From positions 1-64,000 of IMG/VR virus record IMGVR_UViG_3300037148_000025: DNA of 64,000 nucleotides, one strand, 5' to 3'. This DNA comes from a virus. A program made the translations under genes and the position numbers. Below are positions 1 to 8,921 of this stretch, in pieces. Under the pieces are notes generated by a model. That model did not search any database, had not been told where the DNA came from, and saw only the letters and a program-made list of their open reading frames with translations. Numbering within the stretch: the stretch's first letter is position 1; each line of letters opens with the position of its first letter.

Positions 1-217
1 ACAGGCTAACGTCGTGCCTTGCCCATGATGGTTTACCACCATCCACGGTCCCGGACGCGCTACAGGCTAACGTCGTGCCTTGCCCATGATGGTTTACCAC
101 CATCCACGGTCCCGGACGCGCTACAGGCTAACGTCGTGCCTTGCCCATGATGGTTTACCACCATCCACGGTCCCGGACGCGCTACAGGTCAATGTCGTGC
201 CTTGTCCATGATGGTTT
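1..217. repeat. 61-bp tandem repeat: 3 identical copies plus a degenerate partial 4th; probably continues off-window
   Basis: Unit ACAGGCTAACGTCGTGCCTTGCCC...GGACGCGCT starts at 1, 62 and 123; a variant starts at 184. Confidence 0.95.
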
Positions 218-223
218 AGGGAC

Positions 224-257
224 AAAAAAGCCCGGACCCTGTAAAAGCAGTCCGGGC
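224..257 (-). terminator. Rho-independent terminator of the early minus-strand operon
   Basis: GCCCGGAC/GTCCGGGC stem followed by T6 on the minus strand, just downstream of the ORF ending at 297. Confidence 0.8.
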
Positions 258-296
258 AAGTATTCTAATGATCTCTAATAATTATTCACCTGTATT

Positions 297-1235
297 TTAA
301 TCTACTCCTCTGAATTTTCTTCCCGGAGTGATCTCGACTAGTTTGGAAAGCTTTCCGGATATATCCTCCATTTTCTCATGGATAGAGGTCTTGAAGCTTT
401 CATCTTTTTTGATCACATCCACCGATAAGTTTGGATGAATGATTTTTTGTACTTCATTCACAAGCGCATCGAGATCTGCATCATTCGTAACATTTCGCGC
501 CTTAAATGTGTCCAAAAAATCTTGTAGATTCGTGACCGTGCTGGCGAATAGACGCTTGGGCTTTCCGTCTGCATTGGGTTCGAGAGCCGTCTGCAAGTGG
601 TTTACCAGTTCAAAAAAATTCTCGCGCAGTGCTAAGACAATTCCTTCTACTGCCTGTTCGATTTTTGCCTGTGCCTTGCTCACTTCTTTTTGATATGTCT
701 CTTCATTCATGCCAGCGGGCACACTGAAAGAAAAATACTGGTATTCAAACGAGAAAAAGCTTTTCAAGCTTTGCACAGATGGGTAATCCGCCGCACTGTA
801 TAGCAGTTCCACGGAAAGTCCCAACTCGTGTGCAAGCTTTTCTAGTTCATTCTTCGCATTGTCGCACAGTGCAGGATAAGCTTCGATAAACGCATTAACC
901 AATTCGTTACGCTCGTCTATGAAAGCTTCGCATCGGTCCGTTACAGAATCTACCAGTTCACGAGACAAGAGTAGGATACCCATGTCTCCATACGGCAAAC
1001 ACACGTTGTAAAGGTATGCGCGCATCTGTCCATCGGCAGAACGTATCGCATCCAATTCTTTAGACTCTAGCAGAGTCTTCTGGATTTTCACAAGACGAGT
1101 ATTCGCAGAATTGTTAGATGCTAGCACACTGTTGGAAACCTTTTTTGTGTTACCTAGCACGTGGAAAGCAGTGCGGAGAAAAACTGTCTTGTCAATTATT
1201 TTCGTTGCGTCTGTGATTTTAGCAGTCATTTTCAT
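297..1235 (-). CDS. DUF3150-like alpha-helical protein
   Basis: 312-aa ORF (CLPYG..., FIEAYP, YPSVQSLKSFFSF); resembles DUF3150 proteins that accompany AAA/CbbQ modules. Confidence 0.55.
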   Translation of the reverse strand: MKMTAKITDATKIIDKTVFLRTAFHVLGNTKKVSNSVLASNNSANTRLVKIQKTLLESKELDAIRSADGQMRAYLYNVCLPYGDMGILLLSRELVDSVTDRCEAFIDERNELVNAFIEAYPALCDNAKNELEKLAHELGLSVELLYSAADYPSVQSLKSFFSFEYQYFSFSVPAGMNEETYQKEVSKAQAKIEQAVEGIVLALRENFFELVNHLQTALEPNADGKPKRLFASTVTNLQDFLDTFKARNVTNDADLDALVNEVQKIIHPNLSVDVIKKDESFKTSIHEKMEDISGKLSKLVEITPGRKFRGVD

Positions 1236-1270
1236 TCATCCTTTTCTGTGCGCGTAACGCACGGGTTAGC

Positions 1271-1597
1271 TTACAAAAAATTCTCGTTTAGCCATGATAC
1301 CTCAAATTCCATAGCCAGTGACCGTGACCGAAAATCTATCGGAATGATGGGACCGTGGACAGGTGTTAGATTGATTCTCCATAGACAATGCCACGTACGC
1401 GTATACTCTGACACTCTACCGGCATCGCCAAACAATGCGCGTAACGCGTAAAAGATAACGCGCAGTGTATGGCATACCGGTTCAATGTGACTTGCGCGTT
1501 TAACAAGAGAATCGCTAGTCAAAAATCCTCTTGTCATATCGTTAACTAGAAAACGAGTCACAGCATTTTCATCAATGGTGAAAAGGTAAGTTTGCAT
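1271..1597 (-). CDS. Hypothetical protein
   Basis: 108-aa ORF; start overlaps the upstream stop (TAATG). Confidence 0.65.
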   Translation of the reverse strand: MQTYLFTIDENAVTRFLVNDMTRGFLTSDSLVKRASHIEPVCHTLRVIFYALRALFGDAGRVSEYTRTWHCLWRINLTPVHGPIIPIDFRSRSLAMEFEVSWLNENFL

Positions 1598-1800
1598 TAC
1601 CGTCCTACTTTCACACTTGTCAGATTCGTTTCACGGTACTCGGGTTTACTGATTACTTTCGTAGTTTCCCCAATCTCCGCAAAAAGTTTAACAACGTCGT
1701 CACAGCCTTGACCGTGGAATCCTGTCAAGTCTACACTAAAAGATGCGTCTGATTCGTCGATCACAATTTTAATCATTTTCGCCATGTTCCTACACTCCAA
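1597..1800 (-). CDS. DUF2997-like small protein (likely start 1785)
   Basis: IKIVID...VDLTGFHGQGC...KPEY motif, positioned after the DUF1257-like gene. Confidence 0.65.
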   Translation of the reverse strand: MECRNMAKMIKIVIDESDASFSVDLTGFHGQGCDDVVKLFAEIGETTKVISKPEYRETNLTSVKVGR

Positions 1801-2233
1801 GATACTGCAAGGTTATCTTGCCGTTTTTTTGAGTAGTTGAAGCTAAGCGCATACCCTTACTAGCAGCTTGCCGCATAATGCCATGCTTTGCATACGATAC
1901 TGCTAGACGCGTTAACCATGCCTTATTTGCATAATGAGAATCATACTCTGAGATTATCGCACCGTACAATCCAGTTTTTGTATCCTTGCGGAATCCAAGG
2001 TCATTCGAAGAACTGCCACTTAGGACAGAGTCAACATGCTTTCGGCGAATGATAATCTCCGCCTTATCGCCGGATGCATCAAGATACGTAGTTACGCGCC
2101 CGCAAAAATCGTACATAAGTTGAGGGTTAGTGTTACGCTCAATCTGCGCGATAGTAAAGCCCATGTCTTGCAGTGCAAGACATAACAATTCAGCATCATG
2201 AAACTGCGTTTTGTTTTCGGAATACTTACTCAC
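1790..2233 (-). CDS. DUF1257/Ycf35-like protein
   Basis: GTG start after GAGGTG; SKYS..KTQF.D..LL..AL.DMG...NDLGFRK...Y.AI..EYD. Confidence 0.65.
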   Translation of the reverse strand: MSKYSENKTQFHDAELLCLALQDMGFTIAQIERNTNPQLMYDFCGRVTTYLDASGDKAEIIIRRKHVDSVLSGSSSNDLGFRKDTKTGLYGAIISEYDSHYANKAWLTRLAVSYAKHGIMRQAASKGMRLASTTQKNGKITLQYLGV

Positions 2234-2412
2234 TGTGACACCTCGTTTAGGAAAACTAAGCCCGCATCGATTAATGCTCCTGCCATGCGCCCATAGCATC
2301 CTTGTAACTGCCACACTAGACCAGAATTGACAAGATCTTGGAAAAGAGCAACTGTTTCATCCTTGTCTAATTCACCGTTTTCCCATCCTATCATAGCATC
2401 AAGTTGATTCAT
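2230..2412 (-). CDS. Small conserved phage protein
   Basis: ATG at 2412 after GGAG; WENGEL...LFQDLVNSGLVWQLQGCYGR. Confidence 0.7.
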   Translation of the reverse strand: MNQLDAMIGWENGELDKDETVALFQDLVNSGLVWQLQGCYGRMAGALIDAGLVFLNEVSQ

Positions 2413-2455
2413 TTTTTTTTCTCCATTCTGAGTGTACGCTGTACACTCCGCTGTC

Positions 2456-3988
2456 TTACCTGATTTTTCTTCCGCTTGTCTCTGACACTGTAGAGACACT
2501 AGACACTTGCTCAGCATACTGGTATATGCCGGGATAACTTGCCGACAAATACTTCCCGGCACAGTCACGGCGTAATCCATCGATTAGCGTACCACTCGAC
2601 TGTGACACCGGTATGACATACGTAGCAGCGTCACAAAGTGATAGCTTAAGACGGTATGCCTTAGAGCAACACTCTTCAATTTCGCGGCCTGTCCATCCGT
2701 TGTCAGATGGGAGTGTATCTGATACCGGGATACTAAAACGCTCACGATGAATTGTCCATATTGATGCACGCTCTATGTCTGTTGGCAGGTCAAAGAAGAA
2801 AATGCCGTCACGGAATCTAGAGCGCAATTCAGGAGGCAAGGCGTCAATACTATTGCACGTGCCAATGCAGAGTACCCGCTTGTCTGATACCGCGTCTACA
2901 GTAGCAATTGCAGCGCGGAGGTTGGCCCCGGACGAACCGACAAGACTTGACTGCATACCGGCAAGGTCAAACTTAATAAACGGTATGCCATACGATGCAG
3001 CGATAGCTTTCGCTATTTGCGATTTTCCTGCACCCGGTACTCCGATAAACAATGCACCCCGCATTTTTGTATCTTCCATCCAAGTCAACATATTCTGTGT
3101 TAGTTCTTGTTTCACTCCGCTTGTGTCTGTGCTACTCCCTGCATAAGCTTTTTCAATCTCGTCGATGAAGATAATGCAATGCGGTTGCTCCCTGCCTGTG
3201 AGCAAAGCTTGCATATAAGCTTTAATGGTCTGGAGTCCACCGATAGCGTCTAATGACTCTTTACCATTGGACACTGATAAACCGTTAGTCTGGTTTATCG
3301 TTTGACGTTTACGACTCCATAACTCCTCGACATTAAGACTCTTGTGTTCAATGTCAATACTCATGGCGACACTTTGTTCGGCGGGAAAGTAAGGCAGTCC
3401 AATCAAGGCGTCCACTGCCTTGAGTAATTCATCGGCGTTAGGTTCCGGTAGTTTGGCGCATTTGAACGTATCGCATACCACGTTTTCGAGTGTCTCTCTT
3501 GTCGGCAACGGTTCATCTAGCACTAACACATCATGGGATAACTCGGATGGAAGTGTAGCTCCCTGTCCACAAAGCATAACTAGCATGTTACCGTGTGCCT
3601 TGAAGTCGTTGCGAAGATTCCAGATAGCTTGAATCACGTTTGAGTCAGACCAGTGAAGATGAGTATTTGACAAGAAAATGATGCAGTCGTCTCCAATTAC
3701 AGGGACTTCTTGCACATTTTTCTTACTCACTAAGCGTAGCGCTTCGATCAAGCTTTCAGACGCTACGGGTGTAGACTCCAGCACAGAGAAAAGCGTATTC
3801 AATACGTTTTTGCTCTTGGGAGTAATGGCTTGAAAGCCATTGATACAATCCCATAAAATCAATGGTGGAATATCATCGGTGAAAAGCGAGCGAATAGCGT
3901 CTACCGTGGACTTAGAGTCAAACGTTCGCACTGCGACAAGTGGAGTTGATACTTGTCGCGCGGCTGTGAAGCTTTTCAAAAATTCCAT
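2456..3988 (-). CDS. Ycf46-like AAA+ ATPase with transposed Walker A/B blocks
   Basis: Degenerate N-terminal AAA domain, IGGL, IIFIDEIEK, GVPGAGKS, TCN...LPPEL.SRF..IFFFDLP, GWTGREIE. Confidence 0.85.
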   Translation of the reverse strand: MEFLKSFTAARQVSTPLVAVRTFDSKSTVDAIRSLFTDDIPPLILWDCINGFQAITPKSKNVLNTLFSVLESTPVASESLIEALRLVSKKNVQEVPVIGDDCIIFLSNTHLHWSDSNVIQAIWNLRNDFKAHGNMLVMLCGQGATLPSELSHDVLVLDEPLPTRETLENVVCDTFKCAKLPEPNADELLKAVDALIGLPYFPAEQSVAMSIDIEHKSLNVEELWSRKRQTINQTNGLSVSNGKESLDAIGGLQTIKAYMQALLTGREQPHCIIFIDEIEKAYAGSSTDTSGVKQELTQNMLTWMEDTKMRGALFIGVPGAGKSQIAKAIAASYGIPFIKFDLAGMQSSLVGSSGANLRAAIATVDAVSDKRVLCIGTCNSIDALPPELRSRFRDGIFFFDLPTDIERASIWTIHRERFSIPVSDTLPSDNGWTGREIEECCSKAYRLKLSLCDAATYVIPVSQSSGTLIDGLRRDCAGKYLSASYPGIYQYAEQVSSVSTVSETSGRKIR

Positions 3989-4033
3989 TGTTCTACTCCA
4001 TTCTTCTGAGCGTATACGATACGCGGTTGATTA

Positions 4034-4195
4034 CTACAGTGAAGGAATCAACTCAAGGTGCTGGCGAAGCCATACTGCATATGTGCCATGCTTAGCGCGT
4101 AACTCGTTAGCAAGTTTAACGGCATCGGTATACCGTACGCGCTTGTTAGTTTCCTTGCCATTGACTACTACAGCGTAAAAGATTCGATTAGTCAT
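4034..4195 (-). CDS. Small hypothetical protein (53 aa, MTNRIFYAVVVNGK...)
   Basis: GGAG RBS; ORF lies between two copies of the GCGTAT-N3-ATACGC motif. Confidence 0.6.
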   Translation of the reverse strand: MTNRIFYAVVVNGKETNKRVRYTDAVKLANELRAKHGTYAVWLRQHLELIPSL

Positions 4196-4237
4196 TTTCA
4201 TTCTCCATGATACAGGTTAGAGCGTATACGATACGCG

Positions 4238-4324
4238 TTAGCGTTTTTGGCATCCATTCATTAGGTCTGCAATTGCAAGGATGATAAAATACAAAGTACA
4301 TCCGAAAAGAATGGGAACGATCAT
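4238..4324 (-). CDS. 28-aa hydrophobic peptide
   Basis: AAGGAG RBS; MIVPILFGCTLYFIILAIADLMNGCQKR. Confidence 0.5.
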   Translation of the reverse strand: MIVPILFGCTLYFIILAIADLMNGCQKR

Positions 4325-4361
4325 TTTTCTCCTTCAAGCGTATATGATACGCGGTTGACTG

Positions 4362-4604
4362 TTAACGGATAATGGTAATTAGTGCATCGCCCCGAAAATG
4401 GTGACAATTACCATCCACGAAAATCACGCCTAAAACGTTATCAGCGGATGGGCCGATGATGCGCTGGATTACTTCGCTATCATCTAACAGATAGTCGCCT
4501 ATCCTAAGATGATCGGCACATACGGTGCGCAATGCACTGCGACTGTGCGGAGTGTTCAGGAAACTTGCAACTGTCACTTGTGTTCCTCTCTCTCTGTCTT
4601 GCAT
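4362..4604 (-). CDS. Hypothetical protein
   Basis: 80-aa ORF at the head of the early operon. Confidence 0.5.
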   Translation of the reverse strand: MQDRERGTQVTVASFLNTPHSRSALRTVCADHLRIGDYLLDDSEVIQRIIGPSADNVLGVIFVDGNCHHFRGDALITIIR

Positions 4605-5063
4605 TACCAGAATAGCATGTCCTCAGAATATGTTGTCAAGAACTATTTTCATATAATAGGATACAAGGTGTTCATAGTGTTCATACCATCAAATATCTTT
4701 TAATAAAGTGTATCTGCCACGGACCATTTATATTCGCTTTTCGTTCGTTTATTCTTCGCCATTACTTCGCCTATTCTGATAGAATCGTATGTATCCTCTT
4801 TGTATTCAATAGTTTACATTCACTTTTTGATTTTTAAAATCCTCCGTGTGCTCCTGCAAGGCACGTATACGATACGCGGTGACCAAAAACGAGACAAAGG
4901 GCACAGACAAGCCATACAGAGCGATAGAGCGATATTTATACAAGAGTAAACATAGCAAGATATAAGTCTAATGTAATCATACTAATGCAAACATTTATTA
5001 CACTTCATCGAATGTTATACATTAGTAAACAGTTTTATTGATAATAAACAAGTTATGAAGTCC

Positions 5064-5108
5064 ATACCCTGGTAGGGTATCAGTTGATAGTATACCCTGG
5101 TAGGGTAT
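5064..5108. promoter_or_regulatory. Two identical 17-bp palindromes ATACCCTGGTAGGGTAT
   Basis: Located at 5064-5080 and 5092-5108. Confidence 0.6.
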
Positions 5109-6011
5109 ATATCAGGTCGTAGTCAAAAACTGCTATGCAAAAATTACATAGTCCAATGCGGCACAAAGGGACACATAGAACACACTGGTACGCTATACGC
5201 GGTCACTAATTATCGGCATAGATAAGGTGTCAGAGAGTAGATAGACGCGCTACAGGTCAAGTGCTGATCACGGTCAATCGGTATACGATACGCGGTCACT
5301 AGTTGTCGCTCTATTTGTATGAGTGTATATAATCCTGTATGCGACTATCCTGTTGTCCTGCTACCCGGCATAGATGCAGTAGACCATAATGCAATAGACC
5401 AGTATGCTCCCTGTCCAATGGTTACGCTTATAGCTACGCTTATATGTATGCCGTACATAGGTTGTTAGTTGAGTGTTGATGGGATGAAAGTAAAGTTGAT
5501 AGGATGAATATGTTGATAGCATGAAAGTAAAGTTGATACGCTGAAAATTAGTATATACGAATATTCGCATATACTTTTTCCTTTTTAAAATGTCAACATT
5601 ACCCTGTATTGTTTACATCGTGCTGTAAGCCCGGTATTTTCTACGACTTACGAGGAAGAGGAGAATTAAGAGCAAAAAGTAGGATGCACCAAAACGATAA
5701 GACCGGAATGGGCAACTAATTGATTAGTAATCTGTAAGTCACTGAAAGTGCAGGTCTTAGGTCGTAACCAACCCTGCTAAACACGGATGCCGTACGGGTC
5801 TCCGCCGTACCCGCACGACTCACGGAAACGGACCCGGCATAAGCATGAACAGATATTGTTTTCAATAGTTTATATATAAGGTACTATACTACAAAAATAG
5901 GGTACCAATCTTTTTAAGAAAGGTACCCTATTCTTTTAGAGTTTATACTAATTTTAAAGGTGGTATGATAGTATAATACAGTCAGTGACTTACAAATGGC
6001 TACGCCTATTA

Positions 6012-6644
6012 CTAATCAACAAGACACCGGGATAGTGGCGTATATGTTTTCATCCTTAGGCTAGCAATCTCTTCCTCCTTCTGATCGAGTTCGTGTTGCT
6101 GCTGATCTATTACGGAGACAAGACGCATAACCAACCCTGTAGACCACGGAGTAGAGTGATTCTCATGGCTGCGCCTATCTCCCGGTCTTGGTAAACTATG
6201 GGCGTAGCCATTAGGGACAGCGTCGGGGACAGCGTCGGGGGCATGGGGATGTACCTCATGATTGTCCCCAAAGAATCCTTCTTCCATTCCGGGTAACACA
6301 CCGGTACCACTTCGCACATAGACTTTCAGACCCTTGGGAGACTTAATCTCTCCGAAGTTCCTAGTGTCTTGGAGTGGGTGACAGCATGAATAGGCGGAGC
6401 CACATGTATGCTTGAGAGCGTGCAGCAATCTTGTACTCTTGCTTGTGCTCTTTTCCGAAGTTCCTGCGGAAATATTACCAGCATCCTGTCCTGACTCCGT
6501 CTGTGCTGCCCCTGTCAGTCCTGCCGCCTTCTGTCCTGACTCTGCGTGGTTCTTAAACCCTCCTGCATAACCAACCTGCACACCTGCATAAGCTGGCATA
6601 CCCGGTTGCCATGATCTCTCATAATCATTCCTACTAATTATCAT
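6012..6644 (-). CDS. Hypothetical protein with C-terminal coiled coil
   Basis: 210-aa ORF with GGAGGAG RBS. Confidence 0.65.
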   Translation of the reverse strand: MIISRNDYERSWQPGMPAYAGVQVGYAGGFKNHAESGQKAAGLTGAAQTESGQDAGNISAGTSEKSTSKSTRLLHALKHTCGSAYSCCHPLQDTRNFGEIKSPKGLKVYVRSGTGVLPGMEEGFFGDNHEVHPHAPDAVPDAVPNGYAHSLPRPGDRRSHENHSTPWSTGLVMRLVSVIDQQQHELDQKEEEIASLRMKTYTPLSRCLVD

Positions 6645-6679
6645 ACTTCTCCTCCTTCTTAGTTCTTAGTTCTTAGTTC

Positions 6680-7060
6680 TTAGTTCTCCCTAACTCTTTG
6701 CACAGAAACCAACCCTATCCCCTGCTCCTTCCGAAGTCCCAGAGCATTATAGGCTACTTCAGACAGATCGATGCTCCAGTTTGACTTCTTCCTATCGGTA
6801 ATCCGTACATGAATAGCCGCATGATTTTTTAGGTTCGTAATCTTAACCAGAGTCCCAAGCTTCCATCCGTTGAATGATGCTGAGTACTCGTTCCTATCAT
6901 ATGGCCTCCCATTCGCCATGATTTTTCCTTCCCTCTTTCTATTGTAGAAGGTAGCGTAGGTTGTCCCTGATGGTTTATGGACAGCATGGGGAGTAGCTTT
7001 CACTACCGATGTAGTCGGAGAAACTATTGCCAAAGCAACGTAAAGAATGTGTTCGAGCAT
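6680..7060 (-). CDS. rlpA: RlpA-like double-psi beta-barrel lytic transglycosylase with signal peptide
   Basis: ATFY...MANG..YD....A...GTLVKITN...VRITDR...IDLS..AY.ALG. Confidence 0.85.
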   Translation of the reverse strand: MLEHILYVALAIVSPTTSVVKATPHAVHKPSGTTYATFYNRKREGKIMANGRPYDRNEYSASFNGWKLGTLVKITNLKNHAAIHVRITDRKKSNWSIDLSEVAYNALGLRKEQGIGLVSVQRVREN

Positions 7061-7062
7061 CT

Positions 7063-7245
7063 TTATTTCCTACCTCCTTCTAGCCTTGTAATGTCCGCAA
7101 GCAGAGATTTTGAGAACTCACACAACTGGTTGAACGACGCCTCTTCTGTGTTGCCCGTCCTTTTGATCCACTCTTGCTTAAGAATCTTGGCAAACTCCTC
7201 TGAAGTTACAGATTCATAGGCAGATACAACTTGTTGTTCACTCAT
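7063..7245 (-). CDS. Hypothetical protein
   Basis: Translationally coupled ORF with RBS. Confidence 0.6.
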   Translation of the reverse strand: MSEQQVVSAYESVTSEEFAKILKQEWIKRTGNTEEASFNQLCEFSKSLLADITRLEGGRK

Positions 7246-7448
7246 TTTTCTCCTTCGGCATGTACTTCGCTAGGTACTTCACTAGGTACTTCGCTTGATT
7301 CGGTAGCTCCGACGTGCTTCTCGCACACCGGTTGACGTGAAGAAAGGTTCTTACCAAACCTTCCTGTAATGAAGCGCCAAAAGGACGCTGGCTGTAAGCA
7401 CTCTACACATCTCCGTGGTGTGCAGTAACTACTCATATGTTCGTACAT
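7242..7448 (-). CDS. Small Cys/His (Zn-binding-like) protein
   Basis: CVEC...CEKH; SEVP repeats; AGGAGG RBS. Confidence 0.6.
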   Translation of the reverse strand: MYEHMSSYCTPRRCVECLQPASFWRFITGRFGKNLSSRQPVCEKHVGATESSEVPSEVPSEVHAEGEK

Positions 7449-7629
7449 ATTCCTCCTTGTTTAAAATCTGAACTTCCTACTAGTCTATAGTTATCTACAC
7501 GATCCACCTTGGTTGATCTTGTAACTATTTGACATTCTCATGATCTACTTAAGTTGATCTTGGATCAAATGCACTGGCTCATTCAACTTAGGTTGATTAT
7601 CATCTTTATATTATATGTACGCCATACCC

Positions 7630-8307
7630 CTATGTTATGCGAACTGGATTTAACTTAAAATCAATTAGATGTGGCTTATTAACTGGTTTATACTGCTCAT
7701 TGCATATCGACACATTATAGAAAACAGTTCCTGCTAACTCATTGTCACCAACTAAGACTCCACCTTGGTCTGCCCCTGCGTGGATGTGCCCGAAGATATG
7801 AAGTTTAGGTCTAACAACCTTAACCGTAGTTAACAACTCTTCGCAGCCTACATGTGCTACTCCCCATAGCTCTCCTACTTCATCCATAATACCAAAAGGC
7901 GGTCCGTGTGTTATAAGAATATCCATATCACGAGGTATTTTATCCCAATGCTTTTCAATCTCTGGTCCTCTTTGAACATTGAATGCCCAATTGTTGAACT
8001 TAGGCTGATAAGGACTTCCCCAAAAATTTACTCCATTAATAGTTACTCCAGAATCCTTAAGGTAGATGGTTTCTCTAAAAAGACTAAGACATTCTATCTC
8101 CTCATCTTCAAATAACCTGTCGTGATTCCCGGCGATTAGTATCTTGTACACATGAGGAAGTTTATTCCAAAAAGCTGCGAAATCCGCAGCTTCTTGTATA
8201 CGATACCCCGCATTCATCAGATCTCCAGCAAAGATGACCACATCTGCGTCTGGAACTTTTACATTCTTGTGTAATCCGTGGGTATCGCTAAATGCTGCTA
8301 TTTTCAT
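7630..8307 (-). CDS. Calcineurin-like metallophosphoesterase (MPPED/239FB-like)
   Basis: SDTH, AGD, GNHD, THGPP, FGHIH motifs. Confidence 0.9.
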   Translation of the reverse strand: MKIAAFSDTHGLHKNVKVPDADVVIFAGDLMNAGYRIQEAADFAAFWNKLPHVYKILIAGNHDRLFEDEEIECLSLFRETIYLKDSGVTINGVNFWGSPYQPKFNNWAFNVQRGPEIEKHWDKIPRDMDILITHGPPFGIMDEVGELWGVAHVGCEELLTTVKVVRPKLHIFGHIHAGADQGGVLVGDNELAGTVFYNVSICNEQYKPVNKPHLIDFKLNPVRIT

Positions 8308-8912
8308 TCTTCGCTCCTAGTCATTCCCTGTGGGAACGTATTCGGTACGTCTTTCATAACATCTTGAATCTCTTTCATCTTGAGGGCTATCTCATCTAAA
8401 GATACTGGGAACATATTCCAAGCATCTACACCAACATCTAGAGACAATGCAGACTCTTCTCGTGTAACCCCTTGAACACTTCTTGATAAACCATTGTGAC
8501 TATGGCCGTAAAGCTGCCACGATCCTCTGTTTGACCCATTCCACGTTCTCAATGCATAATGACAAAGCACAATCTTGGGGAACCCGGCAGGGTGTATCTC
8601 TGCGATGTCTTTGTTCCAAATAAATAAGTCTCTCAAGTTCTTGTTATGGTCGATTAGTTCTTCATGATTACCTCTCACATAATAATGCTGCCCATTAAGT
8701 CTTTTAACAATACTAACTGCTTCTAATAGTGGAATAGTTCTCCAGAAAATGTCTCCAAGATGATAGACAAGATCGCCTTTCTTCACAACAGAGTTGTGGT
8801 TTTCAATCAACCCCTCTTTCATTTCCTCAATATCTTTGTATGGACGATTGCAAAACTTTATTACGTTGTTGTGTCCATAGTGCTCATCGGAAGTTAGCCA
8901 ACAGTTGTTCAT
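8304..8912 (-). CDS. Phage metallophosphoesterase
   Basis: TSDEHYGH, HLGD, GNHE, LCHY, YGHSH, DVGVD motifs. Confidence 0.9.
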   Translation of the reverse strand: MNNCWLTSDEHYGHNNVIKFCNRPYKDIEEMKEGLIENHNSVVKKGDLVYHLGDIFWRTIPLLEAVSIVKRLNGQHYYVRGNHEELIDHNKNLRDLFIWNKDIAEIHPAGFPKIVLCHYALRTWNGSNRGSWQLYGHSHNGLSRSVQGVTREESALSLDVGVDAWNMFPVSLDEIALKMKEIQDVMKDVPNTFPQGMTRSEE

Positions 8913-8921
8913 ATTTCCTTC

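Larger units (their letters stand above)
4010..4352. promoter_or_regulatory. Repeated palindromic motif GCGTAT-N3-ATACGC in successive intergenic spacers
   Basis: Copies at 4010-4024, 4222-4236 and 4338-4352; related copies at 4863, 5187, 5279, 28142/28169 and 60343. Confidence 0.7.

Noticed and set aside
1-217. Possible CRISPR array
   Set aside because: Units are identical over their whole length, with no unique spacers and no cas genes
6655-6686. TTCTTAG heptamer microsatellite
   Set aside because: Short intergenic slippage repeat with no evidence of function
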